A DNA stretch of 64,000 nucleotides from Haliotis rubra (lineage: Eukaryota): positions 682,001 to 746,000 of the forward strand of contig NW_025765359.1 of NCBI RefSeq assembly GCF_003918875.1, given 5' to 3'. A model generated the notes under the pieces. That model worked only from the letters and a program-made list of their open reading frames with translations, was not told the DNA's origin and did no database searches. Made by a program: the position numbers and the translations under genes. Numbering within the stretch: the stretch's first letter is position 1; every line of letters starts with the position of its first letter. This document shows positions 1-15,800 of this stretch, in pieces.

Positions 1-386
1 AGTCCGCCTGGGGAGTGGAAGGTCGATCCCGACCGCGGAAGGTGTAGTGGTTAGGCGTTCGAGAGTGGAAGACCGTTTGATCGACCGCGCCATACCAAAA
101 GAGCGTTAAAATATGGTACTTGTTGGTCCCTGTCTGGCGCTCGGCATTAATGGGTACAATAAGGACTGGTCGGTTCGGAGTCAGTATAATGTGTCTGAGT
201 GGGGTATTCATGCTTCACTGCGGCATGGTATCTCAGTGGGCTAGCACTATAAAACCAGCTTCAGTCTTGGCTAGTACAAGCAGCCGCACACATACACATA
301 CACACGCATGCACGTCGTCATATGAGCGAAATATTCTCAAGCACGACGTAAAACCCAATTTCACCTCACCTCACCTCACCTCACCT
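1..386 (+). mobile_element. tRNA-derived SINE family C (V-SINE-like), 5' part scrambled
   Basis: Body near-identical to 15100-15456; (CACCT)n tail. Confidence 0.85.
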
Positions 387-794
387 CTTGTTCATATTTC
401 TTATGACACCCATAGAATAGGTACACATCAACCCATGCTTGTATGTGACAACTAGATAATCCACAAAAATATCGGTGTCCTTTTATATTTCAGGGAGTCT
501 CTCTCTCTCTGTCTTATAATGTCCACAGAGATGCAAGGTTAGAATTGGTCCCTAGCAACGTATGCTTGTTGAATAAGACAACCAAATGGACCAGGTTGTC
601 AGGTCAATGATTCGGTTGAATCTGTGTCATAGTACCCCATTGTCATTTGACTTTGTTCATAATATGAACCATCTGACCTTGACAAGCAAACAACAAATAA
701 TGAGCCCAATAAACAAGTCCTCCAAGGAGCTGTTCCTGTTGTCATGTACCCACATTCATAGGTCCGACTTCATTCCTGCTAATCTCACTTCCAG

Positions 795-899
795 CCAAAC
801 CATCAGTGCCAGGCGTGCCGTCCCCTGCTCATATCGGCAGAAGCTTCGTGGAGCTGAAATGGGACAAACCAAGATTGGACGGTGGCAGCAAGATCACAG
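795..899 (+). CDS. unc-22: twitchin exon, FnIII N-half
   Basis: ccag|...|gtagg; KPSVPGVPSPAHIGRSFVELKWDKPRLDGGSKIT. Confidence 0.92.
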
Positions 900-3800
900 G
901 TAGGGGCAAAATGTGTATACTGACCACTGTCATTCAAAACGAAATAATCAATACTTTACCACCCTCAATAATTATTTAGTCGCAGGATTCATCAGGCTTA
1001 TTATGCCAACATGAAGCAAAAGGGTGAAAGTAAAAATACGGCAAATCAAGGCCCACTTGCTTTATCTTCTTCAATGATATGCCAAAACAGAGTGGGCAAA
1101 GTTAAAAGGGTGAAGATTAACAGAGCAAGGCAAGGTCCAACAAGCATTATTTCCTTCAATGATTGGGCGGTGGGGTAGTCTAGTGGTTAAAGCGTTGGCT
1201 CGTCACGTCGAAGACCCGGGTTCGAATCCCCACATGGGTACAATGAGTGAAGCCCATTTCTGGTGTCCCCCGCCGTGATATTGCTGGAATATTGCTAAAA
1301 GCGGTGTAAAACCATACTGAGTCAGTCAGTCAGTCAGTCAGTCCTTCAATGATACACAAAATCAGAGAGTGCAAAGCAGAAATACTAGAAAGTTTGGTGG
1401 TGGGTTTTTTTGGTTTATGTAGTTATATATTTTTTTTTTTAGTTTCCTAAATGAACCAAAATGTGAACTGCAAATGGAATGATGTTTTCCAAAAGATACA
1501 ATGTGTGTAGAGATATTGAGTTTTTCTACTTTGCAAACTTTTGGAATAATTTTCTTTCAAGTCCTCCTGAAGAAGCGGCTTACAAAACTAGCCTAATCAT
1601 ATGGCTTGTATACTTGTGACTCCAACTACCTGTTCTAGACAATGCTTCTCAGAGGTAACGTTAACACAATTAGTCCAATGCTCTGCTTCAGAATCCATAT
1701 CCACACGTCACATATTTTGTATTTCCAGGTTACATTGTCGAGAAGCGTGAGAAGGGCTCCACCTACTGGACAAAGGCCACAGACTACCCATGTATCGACA
1801 ATGAATACACTGTAGCCAACCTACCCGAGAACGCTGAGTTTGAGTTCCGAGTTATTGCTGTCAACGCAGCCGGAAAGAGTGAGCCAAGTTTGGAGTGTGC
1901 TCCAATCAAAATCAAGGAGAAAATTGGTATGTAAAATACACCTTCACTGGCTGAATGGTTGCTATTTCATTTGTGACATTCAATTTAGTCTTTGTCAGTA
2001 TTCCGTTCATAAAAATTCTAATTTACGAAAAGTCAGTTCAATCATATTTTTGTCAAAATGAGAAAGAACAGATCTTTATATTATATAAATATCAAATTTA
2101 GTGAAATATTAGTGTGGTGCCAGACCAATGTCAAGGTCACACAAGAAGTTTCCATAAACCTATGTCCTTGACCTACATTATGATTACCTTGAACTTAAGT
2201 TTTTGCATACTTTTCCATTTAGTGACCATATTCTTGTATGAACCATTCTCTCCATTTCAGTTGGATCTGAGCCTGACTTTGTCAAGAAGCTACAGAATGT
2301 CAAGGCCGCTCTTGGTGGCGAGGCCGCCTTCAGTGTGGAATTCAAGGGTCAACCCAAACCTGAGATCTACTGGTGTGTAGATACATTCTTATTTCTAGTT
2401 TCTATATAAAGGCTTTGACTTGGTGTTTGTTAAATAAAAAAGCCAAAGACTTGGGTTCGATTCCCCACATGGATACAATGTGTGAAGACCATTTCAGGTG
2501 TCCCCAGCTGTGATATTGTTGGAATATTGCTACAAGCAGCGTAAACCCAACTCGCTCACTCATTCTAGGAAATCTTTTTGAATTACTCTTTTTAGTCCAT
2601 CTCCAATCAAAAAGTCTGTTTTTGAATTTTCCTTTAAATCGATTATATTTTGTTCAATAGGTTCAAGAATGGAATTGAAATGGGCTCATCAGGACGTAAC
2701 CGTATGCGAATGGATGGCGATGTGTGCACATTCACCATCGGTGAGGTGTACGACAAGGACGCTGGCGACATCTCCTGTGAGTTGGTGAACAGCCTGGGAC
2801 GTGTCTCCTGCTCCTGCAACCTTGCTGTGCTGTGTAAGTATATGCTACATGTCGAAGTCCATGTGAAAGTACTGGAGTTGCAATCACCTTCGCACTATGA
2901 TCTTGTTGTAGAATGGACCCTAGTACTATGCTCATTAACATTTTTTCTGTAAAACAATTTTATATCTGATCTCAGAGCAGTTACAAAGAAAGAAATTTGT
3001 AACAGTATTCTTATAATACTGATATGTTTCACAATGAAATTATATTAACAATAATGTCTAATTTATATTCTTATGGCTCAAGAGGTGGTGAGAGTTCAAT
3101 TCCCCACATGGGTACATTGTGTGAAGCCTAGTTCGGTTCCCCTGTCATGATATTGCAGGAATATTGCTAAAAAATGGCTTAAAATCACTCACTCACTTAT
3201 GTCCCTAGGATACTAAGTTTAAGCTGTTATAAACATGTTTAATCCAGCAAAGGGCGAGTCAAGTAGTTAATGTGTTGATATGTCTCACTAAAGAGATTTT
3301 GAGGGACAAACTATTTATCAATGTGAAGGCAATTCTTGGTGTCACCTGTCATATGTTGTATTTGCTAAATCAACATGAACCCTATCTCCCCCACTCACTC
3401 TATCTGTTCATCATCTCAGCACCTCCTCGTCTGGAGAAGGATATCCGCGACCAGAAGGTTGAGAAGGGCGAACAGTTCAAGATCAAGATCCCCTTCAGTG
3501 GAACCGGACCCTTCGACGTCAAGGTCAAGAGGGACAACAAGGAAGTTCCAGAGAGTGACCGGGTCAAGATCTCTGTGTTTGATGAGTACATGACACTCAC
3601 CCTCAAAGGTGATTATTAACTGTAAAAATGATATTTGCAAGTTTCTTTTTAATTCATTTATCACAGATAGGTGGTGGGGTAGACTGATGGTTAAAGTGTT
3701 CACTTGTCATGCTGAAGACTGGGTTTGATTCCCACATGGGTACAATGTGTGAAGTGTATTTCTGGTGTCCTCCACCATGATATTGCTGGAATATTGCTAG

Positions 3801-6800
3801 AAGTGGCGTAAAAATAAACTCACTCACTCACTCATTTTCAAAGAGTATGGTAGATTCATGAGGTGAGGAGTGCAATTTTCTGAAAGTCATATATAACTTT
3901 TGCAGTTGCCCAAACCTTTAGTTTTACACTGTGATATTCTTTGCTCCAGACACTGACATTGATGACACTGGCGCCTACAAGGTCGAGATTAGCAATGACA
4001 GCGGAACATGTACTGCTCCATTCAAGCTCAAAGTCGTCAGTAAGTAATTTTAGAATACTTATATAAGGATATCTTGCTGAAAGTTTTTTTACCAACGTTC
4101 TGAGACAGTGTTCATTGTCTATTCACAAGTACAGCATTATTATACTCAGTATCAGTAACACAGATGGAATACATATATTATACATTGCTGACTTAGTCGA
4201 CACATGTCATCGTATCCCAATTGCATATGACAATGCTCACGGTGTATATCACTGGATTGTCTGGTCCAGGCTTAATTATTATATTTACAGCCATGTAATT
4301 AGAATATTGCTGAGTAAATCTTTAAACAACAAACGCATCAAACCAAACTAAACCATTATACATTATCTGAGAGAAGTGATATGAATATATATTAAACAAA
4401 GAAAAAGAAAAATATTTTCAGTGGAACATTTTTACAAAAACATTCTTATGAACTAGTTATAATTTGAAGAGAATAACTATGGCATCTCTTGTCATAGGCC
4501 CACCATCTACACCAACTGGACCCCTCAACGTGTCCGACATCACCAAAAACACGTGCCGCCTGGCCTGGAAACCACCCAAGGAGGATGGTGGCGCCAAGGT
4601 GACGTCATACGTCGTGGAGAGACAGGAAGTGGGCAAGCCCTACTGGGTGACAGTCTCCTCACAGTGCAGGGTAAGACAGCTGCTATCTTCATGACAACTA
4701 CTATTACATGATTCAGTGTGCATCAGTCATGGTCTATACTGTGTTTAATTTTCTGTTGTCTCAGCAGCATTCTTTGCCTATTATTTTTGTTTATTGTCTT
4801 CAGACTAAACTCTCAATTACAGTTGGAAACAAACATTATCACTTAATCTAATCTGTACTATTCAATGTTTTAACCACAAAAAATGAAAATAAAAACAGTA
4901 CCAGGATTAAACTGTTTAAACTGAAATTTCACTTTGTGCTAAAATTTTAGCTAATATTTGTGTATTTAAATTCAAAATAAGATGTAAAATTTCAAGGGTG
5001 TTCCGTTGTTTAACTTCAAAACTTTAGGTGCATGTAAATACATCTCCGTAAATGAGAAGGTCCATTTTTTGTAAAGTAGGGAGAATTTATCCAAATTGCT
5101 CAAAACCAGATGTCAGTTTTATACATCAAGCTATAAACGGTGCCCCAGTTGAAATTTACTCCTGGAAATATGCTTATAATTTGATTTCATATTCTGTGAG
5201 AGGCCCATGCCAGTGATAGGGCAGAGCATGCTTATCGTTTCTATACTTTATGATGAACCAGCCTGATACATGGCTGGATCTTGTTGAGGTTACGTCAGTG
5301 GGCTTGACATGTTGTTGAAATGACTCAATATGTTGTGTGTTGTGTTTGTCAGGATACCTCCTTCGACGTGCAGGGTCTCTATGAGAACAGCCAGTACTTG
5401 TTCCGTGTCAGCGCCGTCAACGAGTTCGGACAGGGAGAACCACTCATTGCTGAGAGCCCCATTGTCGCCAAGATGCCATTCGGTAAGTGTCAGACAGACA
5501 GATGAGTAATATAGAGATGATTGACTCAAGTTTCCCTTCAAATAATAGAGTTTGTTTTAATTGCTGCCATCTTTGAATATATTATAAGACTGTAATAAAT
5601 TAAGTGTAGGATAGGAGCCCAATATCCCATACCTGCGATCGAGTTGTCACATAGTCTTACTTGTGTGGCCTTACAAATATGATATGATGGCTATTTATAA
5701 AGAGCCTGCTTCCCGAACTTGTGTGTGCTCAAGAACCCTGATAAGGCGCTATAAGGTTGTCATATGACTTTACCCTCCAGGTACCCATTCACTGCTGGGT
5801 GAACAGAGGCGATTTATTAACAAACTCATTTGCCTGAGATGAGACCTCATGTATCACGTTGCTTCATGTGGGGAAGGACTGAAGTCCTAGAAACTCTCAG
5901 GAGTCAAGCTGCCAAACACAGTCACCAATGTACTTGATGTGTCTTCAAACAGCACATCTTGGAGTAAAAAACTGACATTTTCACATCATATATCATTGAA
6001 ACTGATTTCAAAAGTCAGAGACAAAAGAGCAAATAATACAAATCCCTGTGTACACCTAAACTCTGTTTTCATCAAGTTGTTTCAATCAACAGATGCTCCT
6101 CAGTCCCCTGGAACTCCAGAGGTCACAGAGGTCGGAGGCGACTTCGTCAGCCTCACCTGGGATAAACCCAAGTCTGATGGCGGTGGCCGTATCAGTGGTT
6201 ACTGGATCGACAAGCGTGAACATGGCACTGACAACTGGTCCCGCATCAACATGTCGCCCTGCCTCACCAACATGATCAACATCCCCAACCTCATCGAGGA
6301 CCGCAAGTACGAATTCCGCGTGTTTGCCGAAAACGAGGCTGGCATGAGCAAACCGTCAATGGCCTCCACCAGCGTCAAGATCAAGGATCCTAAAGGTGAG
6401 AGTACTGTCCATGTAAGAAGACAGCCAAAGCTGATAAAATGTCATGGTTGGTTCAGTAATCTTGATAAAGTCTCTTGAGTCAGCGTTGTACCTGTGGTCG
6501 AATAAATGGGTTGTTGATGAGATAGTTGGTTCAGTAATGATGAAGCCTCAAGAGTCAATGTTGTAGCTGGTGTATTGATGGTTGTTGATGATGTTGCAGC
6601 TGCTGTTATTCCCGAGTTCAGCAGTGGTCTCCGCAAGGTCCAGGCAGTCCAGGGCAAGTCTGCCCGCTTCGAGTGTGAAGTGTCTGGAACACCAAAGCCA
6701 GATGTCCAATGGTCAGTATAACCTGTAAAACATCTTACTTGTTTCACTGTAATCTACTCCTGTATCCATCTTCATCCCAGTGATGTCTCCTTCATGCCTG

Positions 6801-9800
6801 ATAGTGCCAGTAGGGTAGCCTAATGGTTAAAGCACTTGCTTGTCACTCCAGAGACCCGGGTTTGATTCCCCTCATGAGTACAACATGTGAAGCCCGTTTC
6901 TGGTGTCTCCTGCAGTGATATTGATGGAATATTGCTAAAAATGTTGTAAAACTAAACTCACTCACTCCATGCCTGATAGTGGCAGTACGGTAGCCTAATG
7001 GTTAAAGCACTTGCTAATTGGTGCAGAATGCATGGGTTTGATTCCCTTCACGGTTCAATGTATGAAGATTTATGGAGTTCTCTACAGTGATATTGCTGGA
7101 ATACTGAAAGAATTAAAACAATGTAAAACAATACTTAATCACTCACTCACTCACTCCATGCCAGACACCTTTCTATGTTATTTCTCATCCCTTTCTGTAA
7201 TTTATGAAGATGTCTATTACCTTGACCTCAGATGTACAGATAAGCTGCGTATCTGCATAAATTACGCAAATATTTATGTGAAAACTCAATTCCTATTGAG
7301 TCTATTACGTACAAGTACGCTTGAATTTTTGTAAATTCTCAATAGATGTGATCTTACATGCGTACACTCAAAAAATGTCAAATCTTAGCTTGGGTACCGG
7401 TGGATAGATAAAATAACTGAGGCATACTGAGAGGTTCTGTTTCAGGACATAAACTTGGCAATTTGCAGTCTTTCTTATCGTTTCTCATATTACAGATTAA
7501 ATATAAATAACAAACACTAACATTTAAACTTTATTATATTTTTACAAGTAATGGAAAATGACAAAATACCCAATTGAGTTTGAGTGAGGTGGGTACAATT
7601 TATTTGGTTACTCAAAGGAAAATTAGGATACCCAATTGAGATGACCACAAGCGAGTTCATAACTCAATGACCCAAAAAGTTATCTGTAGCTCTGCTTGAT
7701 CTTTCCAGGTTCAAGGGTGTTCGTGAGATCTATGACAGTGACAAGTTTGAGATCTTCACTGAGGGAGACAAGCAGGTGCTTGTTGTCCATGATGTGTTTG
7801 GTGAAGATGCAGATGAGTACACCGTCCGTGCCACAAACAGGGGAGGATCACGTGCATCACGTGCTGAGCTCGAGATCAGATGTGAGTAATTGTTCAAGTC
7901 CATCTCCTGTTGCAGTTAAATGAGAAAACACCATCAATTGGCTTCCGAGGACTTGGCTATATGATACATACTGAGGAGCTAAAGAAAGTTTACATAGTTT
8001 TTGTGTAATTTAAAATTTTAAAAAATATTGTTAAGTCTTATATATTTTTTGTTTTTAATATTAACCATCACTGCAGCAAGCGTTTGTAAAAATATATATT
8101 GGTTCATTGATGACTGGGGTCAGATATGAACTTGTAACCATATGACCCCTGCCTCGTTTGAAATGTTGAAACTAAACATTCTGAGATTTGATGTTAAATT
8201 TATTTTTTTTCAATTTTCGAAAGTTTTAATTCAAAATAGATCTTAAATATAAAACCATTTAAACACATTTTTGGATGTTGACTAAGTGCCAGTTCAGTTA
8301 ATTTTTTTAGATAATATCTCTTAGATATATTGTGTTGAAAATAAAACATAGAATATAATCAAGAGAGGAAGATAATTCGGACTAATAGTATGATTTGATT
8401 TTGAAAGTTCAGTGATCATTTCATGTATTTCAGGCTGTGTGTGAAAATGTGAAAAGATTTAGTTCTCTTATTCCTTAATAAAAATGTATTTAGGAACTAT
8501 TGCATAAAGTCTTTTTTGTGTGTTTAATCAGCACCCCCCAAGATCAACGTACCTCCACGTTTCCGTGACATCTGCACATTCGAGAAGGGTGAGACATGTG
8601 TTCTGAAGATTCCATTCATGGGCAACCCCAAGCCTGACGTCAAGTGGATCCGTGATGGAGAGGAGCTGCGCGGAAGTCACTACAACATTGAGGTTACCGA
8701 CCGCCACGCCATCCTCACCATCAAGGACGCAACCAAGGATGACGACGGACCCTACAGGCTGCAGCTGGAGAACAGCCTTGGCCAGGACTCTGTAGTGCTG
8801 AAGCTCCAGGTTAATGGTGAGTCACCATGGTGATTGTAGAGATGGGAATATGCAGGCTCATCATGCAGCATTGTAGCACACAAATGATGATGATGATGAT
8901 GTGGACAACAACAATGGCACTTTATATATGCAGGCTCATCAAGTATCAGAATGAAGGTGATGAGGACGATGATGACAATGATGATGGTGATAGTGATGGC
9001 GATGATAATTATGATGATGTAGACAACAATGATGATTGTAATGTAAACACTACCACTGGAAGCTAATGACGCTGAAGGGGTCGTTGTCGGCACAGGTACT
9101 ACAGATATGTACCCCAGGTACGTTTCTGTATACAGTAATGTACCCTAAACAATGTCAAAATACAGAAACGTACCCGGCACCTTACACGGACAACGAGTCA
9201 ATATTTCGCAACCCAAAACTGAAACTGTATGTAGTTGTTCCCCTTCAACTGATTGCAAATGGTATTGTGCTCCGCGAAATATTCGTTACCGTGTATGGTC
9301 GTTTCTTATCGAACGCAATCAAATGCATCTAATTCAACTGTATGACAGTTCCAATCAAGAAAACAACACACTGCGGAATGGAATCGTCCAAGGGTACGTT
9401 TCTGTATTCCGATTTTGGCTAAGGTACTTTTCTGTATACAGAAACGTACCTGGGATACACATCTGTAGTACCCGTGCCGACAACGACCCCTTCGGTGATG
9501 ATGACAATGATGATGGTGATGGTGATGATAATTATGATGATTGTAATGTCAACATTTAAGCTGCATTAGAAGATGCAGAAATACTCATGAATGCCAGTTA
9601 TGATGTTGATTCAAATATCTCTACCCTATTTCAGATCACCCTGACTCGCCACGTTTCCCCAAAGTGGAGAACATCCGTGATGACTCTGTTGTGTTGTCAT
9701 GGAAACCACCACTGAATGATGGCGGCAGCTTCATCACAGCATATGTTGTGGAGAAGAGAGAGCTCCCATCCAACAAATGGATCAGATGTGCTTCCACTAG

Positions 9801-12800
9801 GTAAGCATACAGCGTCATCATAGCAAATGACGGCTATTAATTGTCAGTGAGAGTAACCTCCCCTTGCACTGTTCCCAACAAACAACTGAACATAGGAGTC
9901 TGTTGCTGAACTGAATACAGAGCTGTTGACCAAGAAAAAGCACCAGATTTTGTGTTGTTTACCAACTGCTCTCTGTCTTCCAGGTTTGAGTTCCATAACG
10001 TCTCAGGTCTGTCCCCAAACAAGGAGTACGAGTTCCGTGTCGTAGCTGAGAACTTCTATGGTCGCAGTGAAGCATGCGAGCCCACGACCACCATCAAGAC
10101 CGACGAGCCAGAGTCTGTCCGCAAGAAGAAACAAATGGAAGGTGAGTGTTCTGGCACACAGCTAGCTGAAATCTCCTTGAGGACAGTTGCTCTACAGGCT
10201 CTCACTCTAGTCGATGTCAAGAGCCCATTTAGATATCCAAATGTGCATATTCATGAAGATTAGTTTACTTCTGTGGTCATGGGTGGCTCAGTTGTATAAG
10301 GTGCCACTGTTTGCTGTGCAGAGTTGCTTCCCTTTGGCAATCCAGGAGCCTATAGTCATGGGTTTAAATCCCAGTTGGTGTGATTTTGCTCATCAGCACC
10401 ATTCATGTGTTCTTGGGTTTCAGCAAAATGGTGAAATCACATCTGAGACATTCAGTCTGTTAAATGATATGCAGTAAATAATAAGTAAGAAATAGATTCA
10501 ATATCATTGATCCTAAAATAATGAATTGTTTATCTTCATTTTTTTTGCAGATGAGTTTGGCAGAAAGGTCAGAGGCAAATACGATGGACCAAAGATCAAT
10601 GACTATGATAAGTTCTGTAAGTAAAGCTTTTCATCTACGTTACTTTCAAATTGTTAACTGTTATAGAGACTAAGAGCAAAGCTTGACGTGTAACTGTAGA
10701 ATACAATATATGTTCTGTACAATGCCTGTTCTATGTGCCACAGACGATGACATCTGGAAGAAGTTCGTGCCACAGCCTGTGACGGTGAAACAGGCCAGCG
10801 TGTACGACTACTACGACATCCTGGAGGAACTTGGAAGGTAGGAACACACAACTTACGAACATGAACAACTTAGGACATGAACTCTCAGCTCAGAGCAAGA
10901 TCCAGCACAGCTCGCCGGAAAAAGACATTATAATATATAATACACCCATATCTCCTCATTACAGCCATAGGTTATATCTGTTCCCACAATCACAATCCAG
11001 TTGGTAATCTCCTTTGGTATTCCTTCCGAAAGTGACTTGTCCTGGGTTTATATCCTGATTATGAGCCATAGTCATCTTCCATGCATCCATTCATTCAATA
11101 ACTATAATAGTCTTCATGTCATCTCTGAACTGTCAATTTACACATTTCGTATTATTATTCCAGTGGTGCTTTTGGTGTTGTCCATCGCTGTGTGGAGAAA
11201 GCAACAGGCCGCGTGTTTGTGGCCAAGTTCATCAACAGCCCCTACCCTCTGGACAAGGCCACTGTGAAGAACGAGATCAACATCATGAACCAGCTCCACC
11301 ATCCCAAGCTCATCAACATGCACGACGCCTTTGAGGATAAATACGAGATGGTTCTCATCCTGGAGTTGTAAGTAGCCCTTCCATGACGGCTGCTCCGAAT
11401 GTACCTTACAGAACTAAAATGTTGATACGAGCCAGTAGTCATGGTCAGCTTAGGTCAAGCTACCTTGTATTGCCTTGCACAAATTTATTCCAGTTTAGGT
11501 CAATTTCTATGTCTATTTGATGTAAAATTTTAGATAATGTTTTACATTGCTTTAGTATCACTCAGTGAAATGAGTGTCACATGCAGTGTCTCCTTGGGCC
11601 ACTGACATTGTTAGCAGTGGATGGGTACCAGGGAGAGTCAGATGATTTACATCATGGGCATTTTGGTTGTTGGGAATGAAAATAAAGTACTCTGATTCCT
11701 TGACCAGGCTGATATTGGGCTTTGAATATATATAATCAAGCGTTCAAGTAGCACTGTGCCAATGTTTTATGATCATTGTTATCATTATGATGATGACTGT
11801 TTGCATCCACAGCTTGGCTGGTGGTGAGTTGTTCGATCGTATCGCTGCTGAGGATTACAAAATGTCTGAGGCAGAGGTGATCAACTACATGAGACAAGTC
11901 TGTGAGGGTCTCAAACACATGCACGAAAACAGCATTGTCCACCTCGATATCAAGGTATGGTGAAGTTATATGGTCTGAAAATTTTATAATGTTTAACTAA
12001 CAATTCAGCAAGAAGAAAATCAATGTACATTTCATCTTCTTTGTGTATTAAAGGAGATAGGGTTACAGCATAGGTTTGTTGTGACTAAAGCTAAGGTAGA
12101 TTGCCAAATGCCAAGAACATGTGAAGACCATTCTTGGTGTAGCCTGCAGTGATATTTCCAGAAAACACCATGAAACTTACTTACAGCGGAATCCTTCTAA
12201 TACATGTGATCCAGTTTACTAAGGTTCAGTTTAAAATGTTAGAATCTTTACAATACATCATGTTGTGTTGTTTATTTGTTACAGCCGAGAATATTATGGT
12301 TGAAACCAAGAAAAGCACCAATGTCAAGATCATCGACTTCGGTCTTGCCACCAAGCTCAATCCTGATGAGATTGTCAAGGTTACCACAGCAACAGCGGAG
12401 TTTGCAGCCCCTGAGATTGTGGATCGTGAACCTGTTGGTTTCTACACTGACATGTGGGCAGTTGGTGTGCTCGCCTATGTTCTGTGAGTATCATGACATC
12501 TTAACACCTCTTTATATAAAGCCTTTTAGCTAAGAAAGAATATGATGTTTCTGAAGCTGTCGAGATGATATTTGTTTCATGCTACCTAAATTGCATTAAA
12601 AAGTTGTTTCATATTATTTGTGTGCTTCATTTCCCAGGTTGAGTGGATTGTCTCCCTTCGCCGGCGAAGATGACCTAGAGACTCTGCAGAATGTGAAGCG
12701 TTGTGACTGGGACTTTGACGAGGAAGCATTCAGCAATGTCTCCAAGGAGGCTAAGGAATTCATCAAGTCCCTCCTGGTCAAACAGGCGCCGTAAGTAGCC

Positions 12801-15800
12801 TTCATCGATTCCCTCATGCTCAAAAAGGCACTGGACATGCTATTTAAATGTTGGCAGCTTTTGTCATGAAGAGCATAGGTGGATCCAGGAATTTTCGTGT
12901 GTGTGTGTGTGTTCCAGGAGGTTCGCAAATGCAAAACATTAACTTCAATGTGGTCTTAGGTCATTTTCAAAAGGGGTTCGAAAACACACACAAACACACA
13001 CACACACACCACTGGATCCACACCAATGAAGAGGAATTTTCACTTTCTGAAGGCTGTTTGGAAATTTGGAAAGTGGAACGCAATTTTCTTTGTGAAATAT
13101 GACTTTGGAGAATATAATCTATGATGCCAGTATCAAGTAATTTTGTCATTATTGAGTTTTTGGCTTGAAGCATTTAGTGATTGTCCTTTCATCGAATTCA
13201 AACTGCAGTCATCCTGTATCTGGTTTTGTCATTACAGAAAGAGGATGAACGTCCATGATTCTCTGGAACACCCATGGCTCACTGTAAGTATACATGTACC
13301 TACACTGCCCTCCACATATTTGAGATGTCCAAAGAATTGGCAGGGCGGACTTAGTTTCTTTCAGTTATATACACTTCACTTACATGCAGAAAATGCTACT
13401 CTCAGTTGTTAAAACAAATAGAAGATTGTAGCCAAGTAGTTAATGCTCTCATTCATCAGCCTCCAGGGTTTAATTCCCAACAAGTATACAATGTGTGAAG
13501 CCTATTTCTACAGGGATTTGCTGGAATGGTTAGAAGCTCCCAAACTCAACGGTCACATGGTCCTGTGATCTGGTTTCAGATTTGGCCTCCCAGAACCCAC
13601 ACTTACTTTTGGAAGTGACTAAGGGTATCCGATGGTCATGGTTCATGCATGTCATCGTAACCCAATTATGTAGATCGATGCTCATGATATCAATCACTGG
13701 ATTGTCCGGTCCAGACTGAATATCACATATCTGGAATATAATAAGGTTAAACAACTAAAAACAAACAAACAAACATCACACGACTGTGATACAGCTACCA
13801 AAACTCATCCTCTTGTGTGCAGGGTGACCACAGCAACCTGACAACCAGGATCCCGTCCAGTCGCTACAACAAGATCAGACAGAGAATCAAGGAGAAATAC
13901 GTAAGTCAGCGACACAATGTCGACACAATGCACCTGGAAATGTCTGCAGCTTGTGTTCATGGCTGTTAGATCAGACAAATTTAGTTCTTGTCTTACATCT
14001 TTACAAGACCAATATACTTGGGAAATACATTATAAAAATACTTTTATGGTAACAGCATAATAAACAAAAAATGATTTCGAATTAATGTAAATATCTGTTT
14101 ATAGGAGTATATATTTTACTTTCCTTAAACATTGGAGTGATATCTTAGAGTGGGTTGAAACCGAAAAATTTAATTTGACCACATTGGGTTCTTTTTCTCA
14201 GTATGGGGTAAAAGTGAGTGAGTGAGTGAGTTTAGTTGTACGCCGCACTCAGCAATATTCCAGCTATATGGGCAGGGTGGGGTAAAAGTGATGAACAGAT
14301 GAGTAATGGAGGAACTGGAACAAATTGTCTGATCTGAGCCATCAATATAACATTGAAGAGTGTTTGTTCCCCTATACTGAAACACACTGACAATGCATAT
14401 TCAGCCTTTACTTGAAATGAATTGCAAAATAGTTATTTTGGCAGTACAATTTAAATGAGATTTGAACTCATATGACAACATTGTCATGTTGGTTCACTCT
14501 TGCTGAAATTCTGAAAACATTTTAATTATATTGTTTGGTCATATTAAAAATATTCAAACTGAATATGTGTTTTTAAGGTGTGTCTTTATGAAAGCATGAA
14601 TGTTCATTATCTAAGTTGGAATAATGGTAATTGAAAGCATGAAGGCCAAGCATGGATATTGGGACATATATTGATTTGGAACTGTGTATATAAATAATGA
14701 TATGCTGGGATAATTTGTGATTGCTGTGTTTAATACTAAAACTGTGAGGTCAGCTGATTGTTGTTAAAACTACAAGCGTCATTGTCTTGCATGTCTTGGT
14801 TTCACCAGATCTGATGGATCTGAAAAGCAAATAAACGTTCAGTACATTGGCCTCTCACTTCTCTCCAGTGCTGAATCTCTACAGATGCATTGCGTAGATC
14901 GATGCTCATGATGTTGATCACTGGATCTTCTGATCCAGGCTCGGTTATTCACAGACCGCCACCATATAGCTGGAATATTGCTGTGTGTGGCATTAAGCAA
15001 CAAACAAATGGTTACAGTGATTTCCCACATGAGTAAACTGTATGAGAACTGTTCTTTGTGTTCACCACTGTGCTCCCAGTATCGACCACTTGTCAGTCCG
15101 ACCGCCTCTGTGGTGTAGTGGTTAGAGCGTCCGCCTGAGAGCGGAAGGTCGTGGGTTCGATCCCCGACAGCGTCATACCAAAAGACGTTAAAATATGGTA
15201 CTTGTTGGTCCCTGCCTGGCACTCGGCATTAATGGGTACAACAAGGACTGGTCGGCTCGGAGTCAGTATAATGTGTCTGAGTGGGGTATTCATGCTTCAC
15301 TGCGGCATGGTATCTCAGTGGGCTAGCACTATAAAACCAGCTTAAGTCTTGGCTAGTACAAGCAGCCGCACATACACATACACACGCATGCACGTCGTCA
15401 TATTAGCGAAATATTCTCAAGTACGAATGTAAAACCCAATTTCACCTCACCTCACCTGTCAGTCCATGCACCATTAAGCAAATTGGTCCATCATGCAAGA
15501 ACATTCAGTGTAATACCTTAGAGTTATGTCTTAGGTAGGTATTAAGCAAACTGAAAATAAAAATAGTTCTCAAGCCATTTCATCACCAAAAAATCCCCAT
15601 ATGCATTTTGAATTAGTATGTTTATTTGATATCAATTTTTTCTCCTGAAAATGGCTATGCACACTCATGCTGGAAAGCACTGATATTTCAATACAAAATT
15701 CTATAGAACAAGTGTTGTTTGTATGTTTAACCTTGGATGTTTTGAATACAAGCATGGCGTTGTTTGATACACAGGAATGATGGTTGATGGATGCGTTATT

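Noticed and set aside
120-455. Recurrent ORFs such as MLVPVWRSALMG and MKLGLTS...SASPLRYH at several loci
   Set aside because: Chance frames in SINE family C copies.
1165-1235. tRNA gene calls from A/B boxes here and at other SINE heads
   Set aside because: No complete cloverleaf; each continues into a SINE body, tail and TSD.
8752-9093. Poly-Ile/His and poly-Asp ORFs
   Set aside because: Intronic (GAT)n low-complexity sequence.
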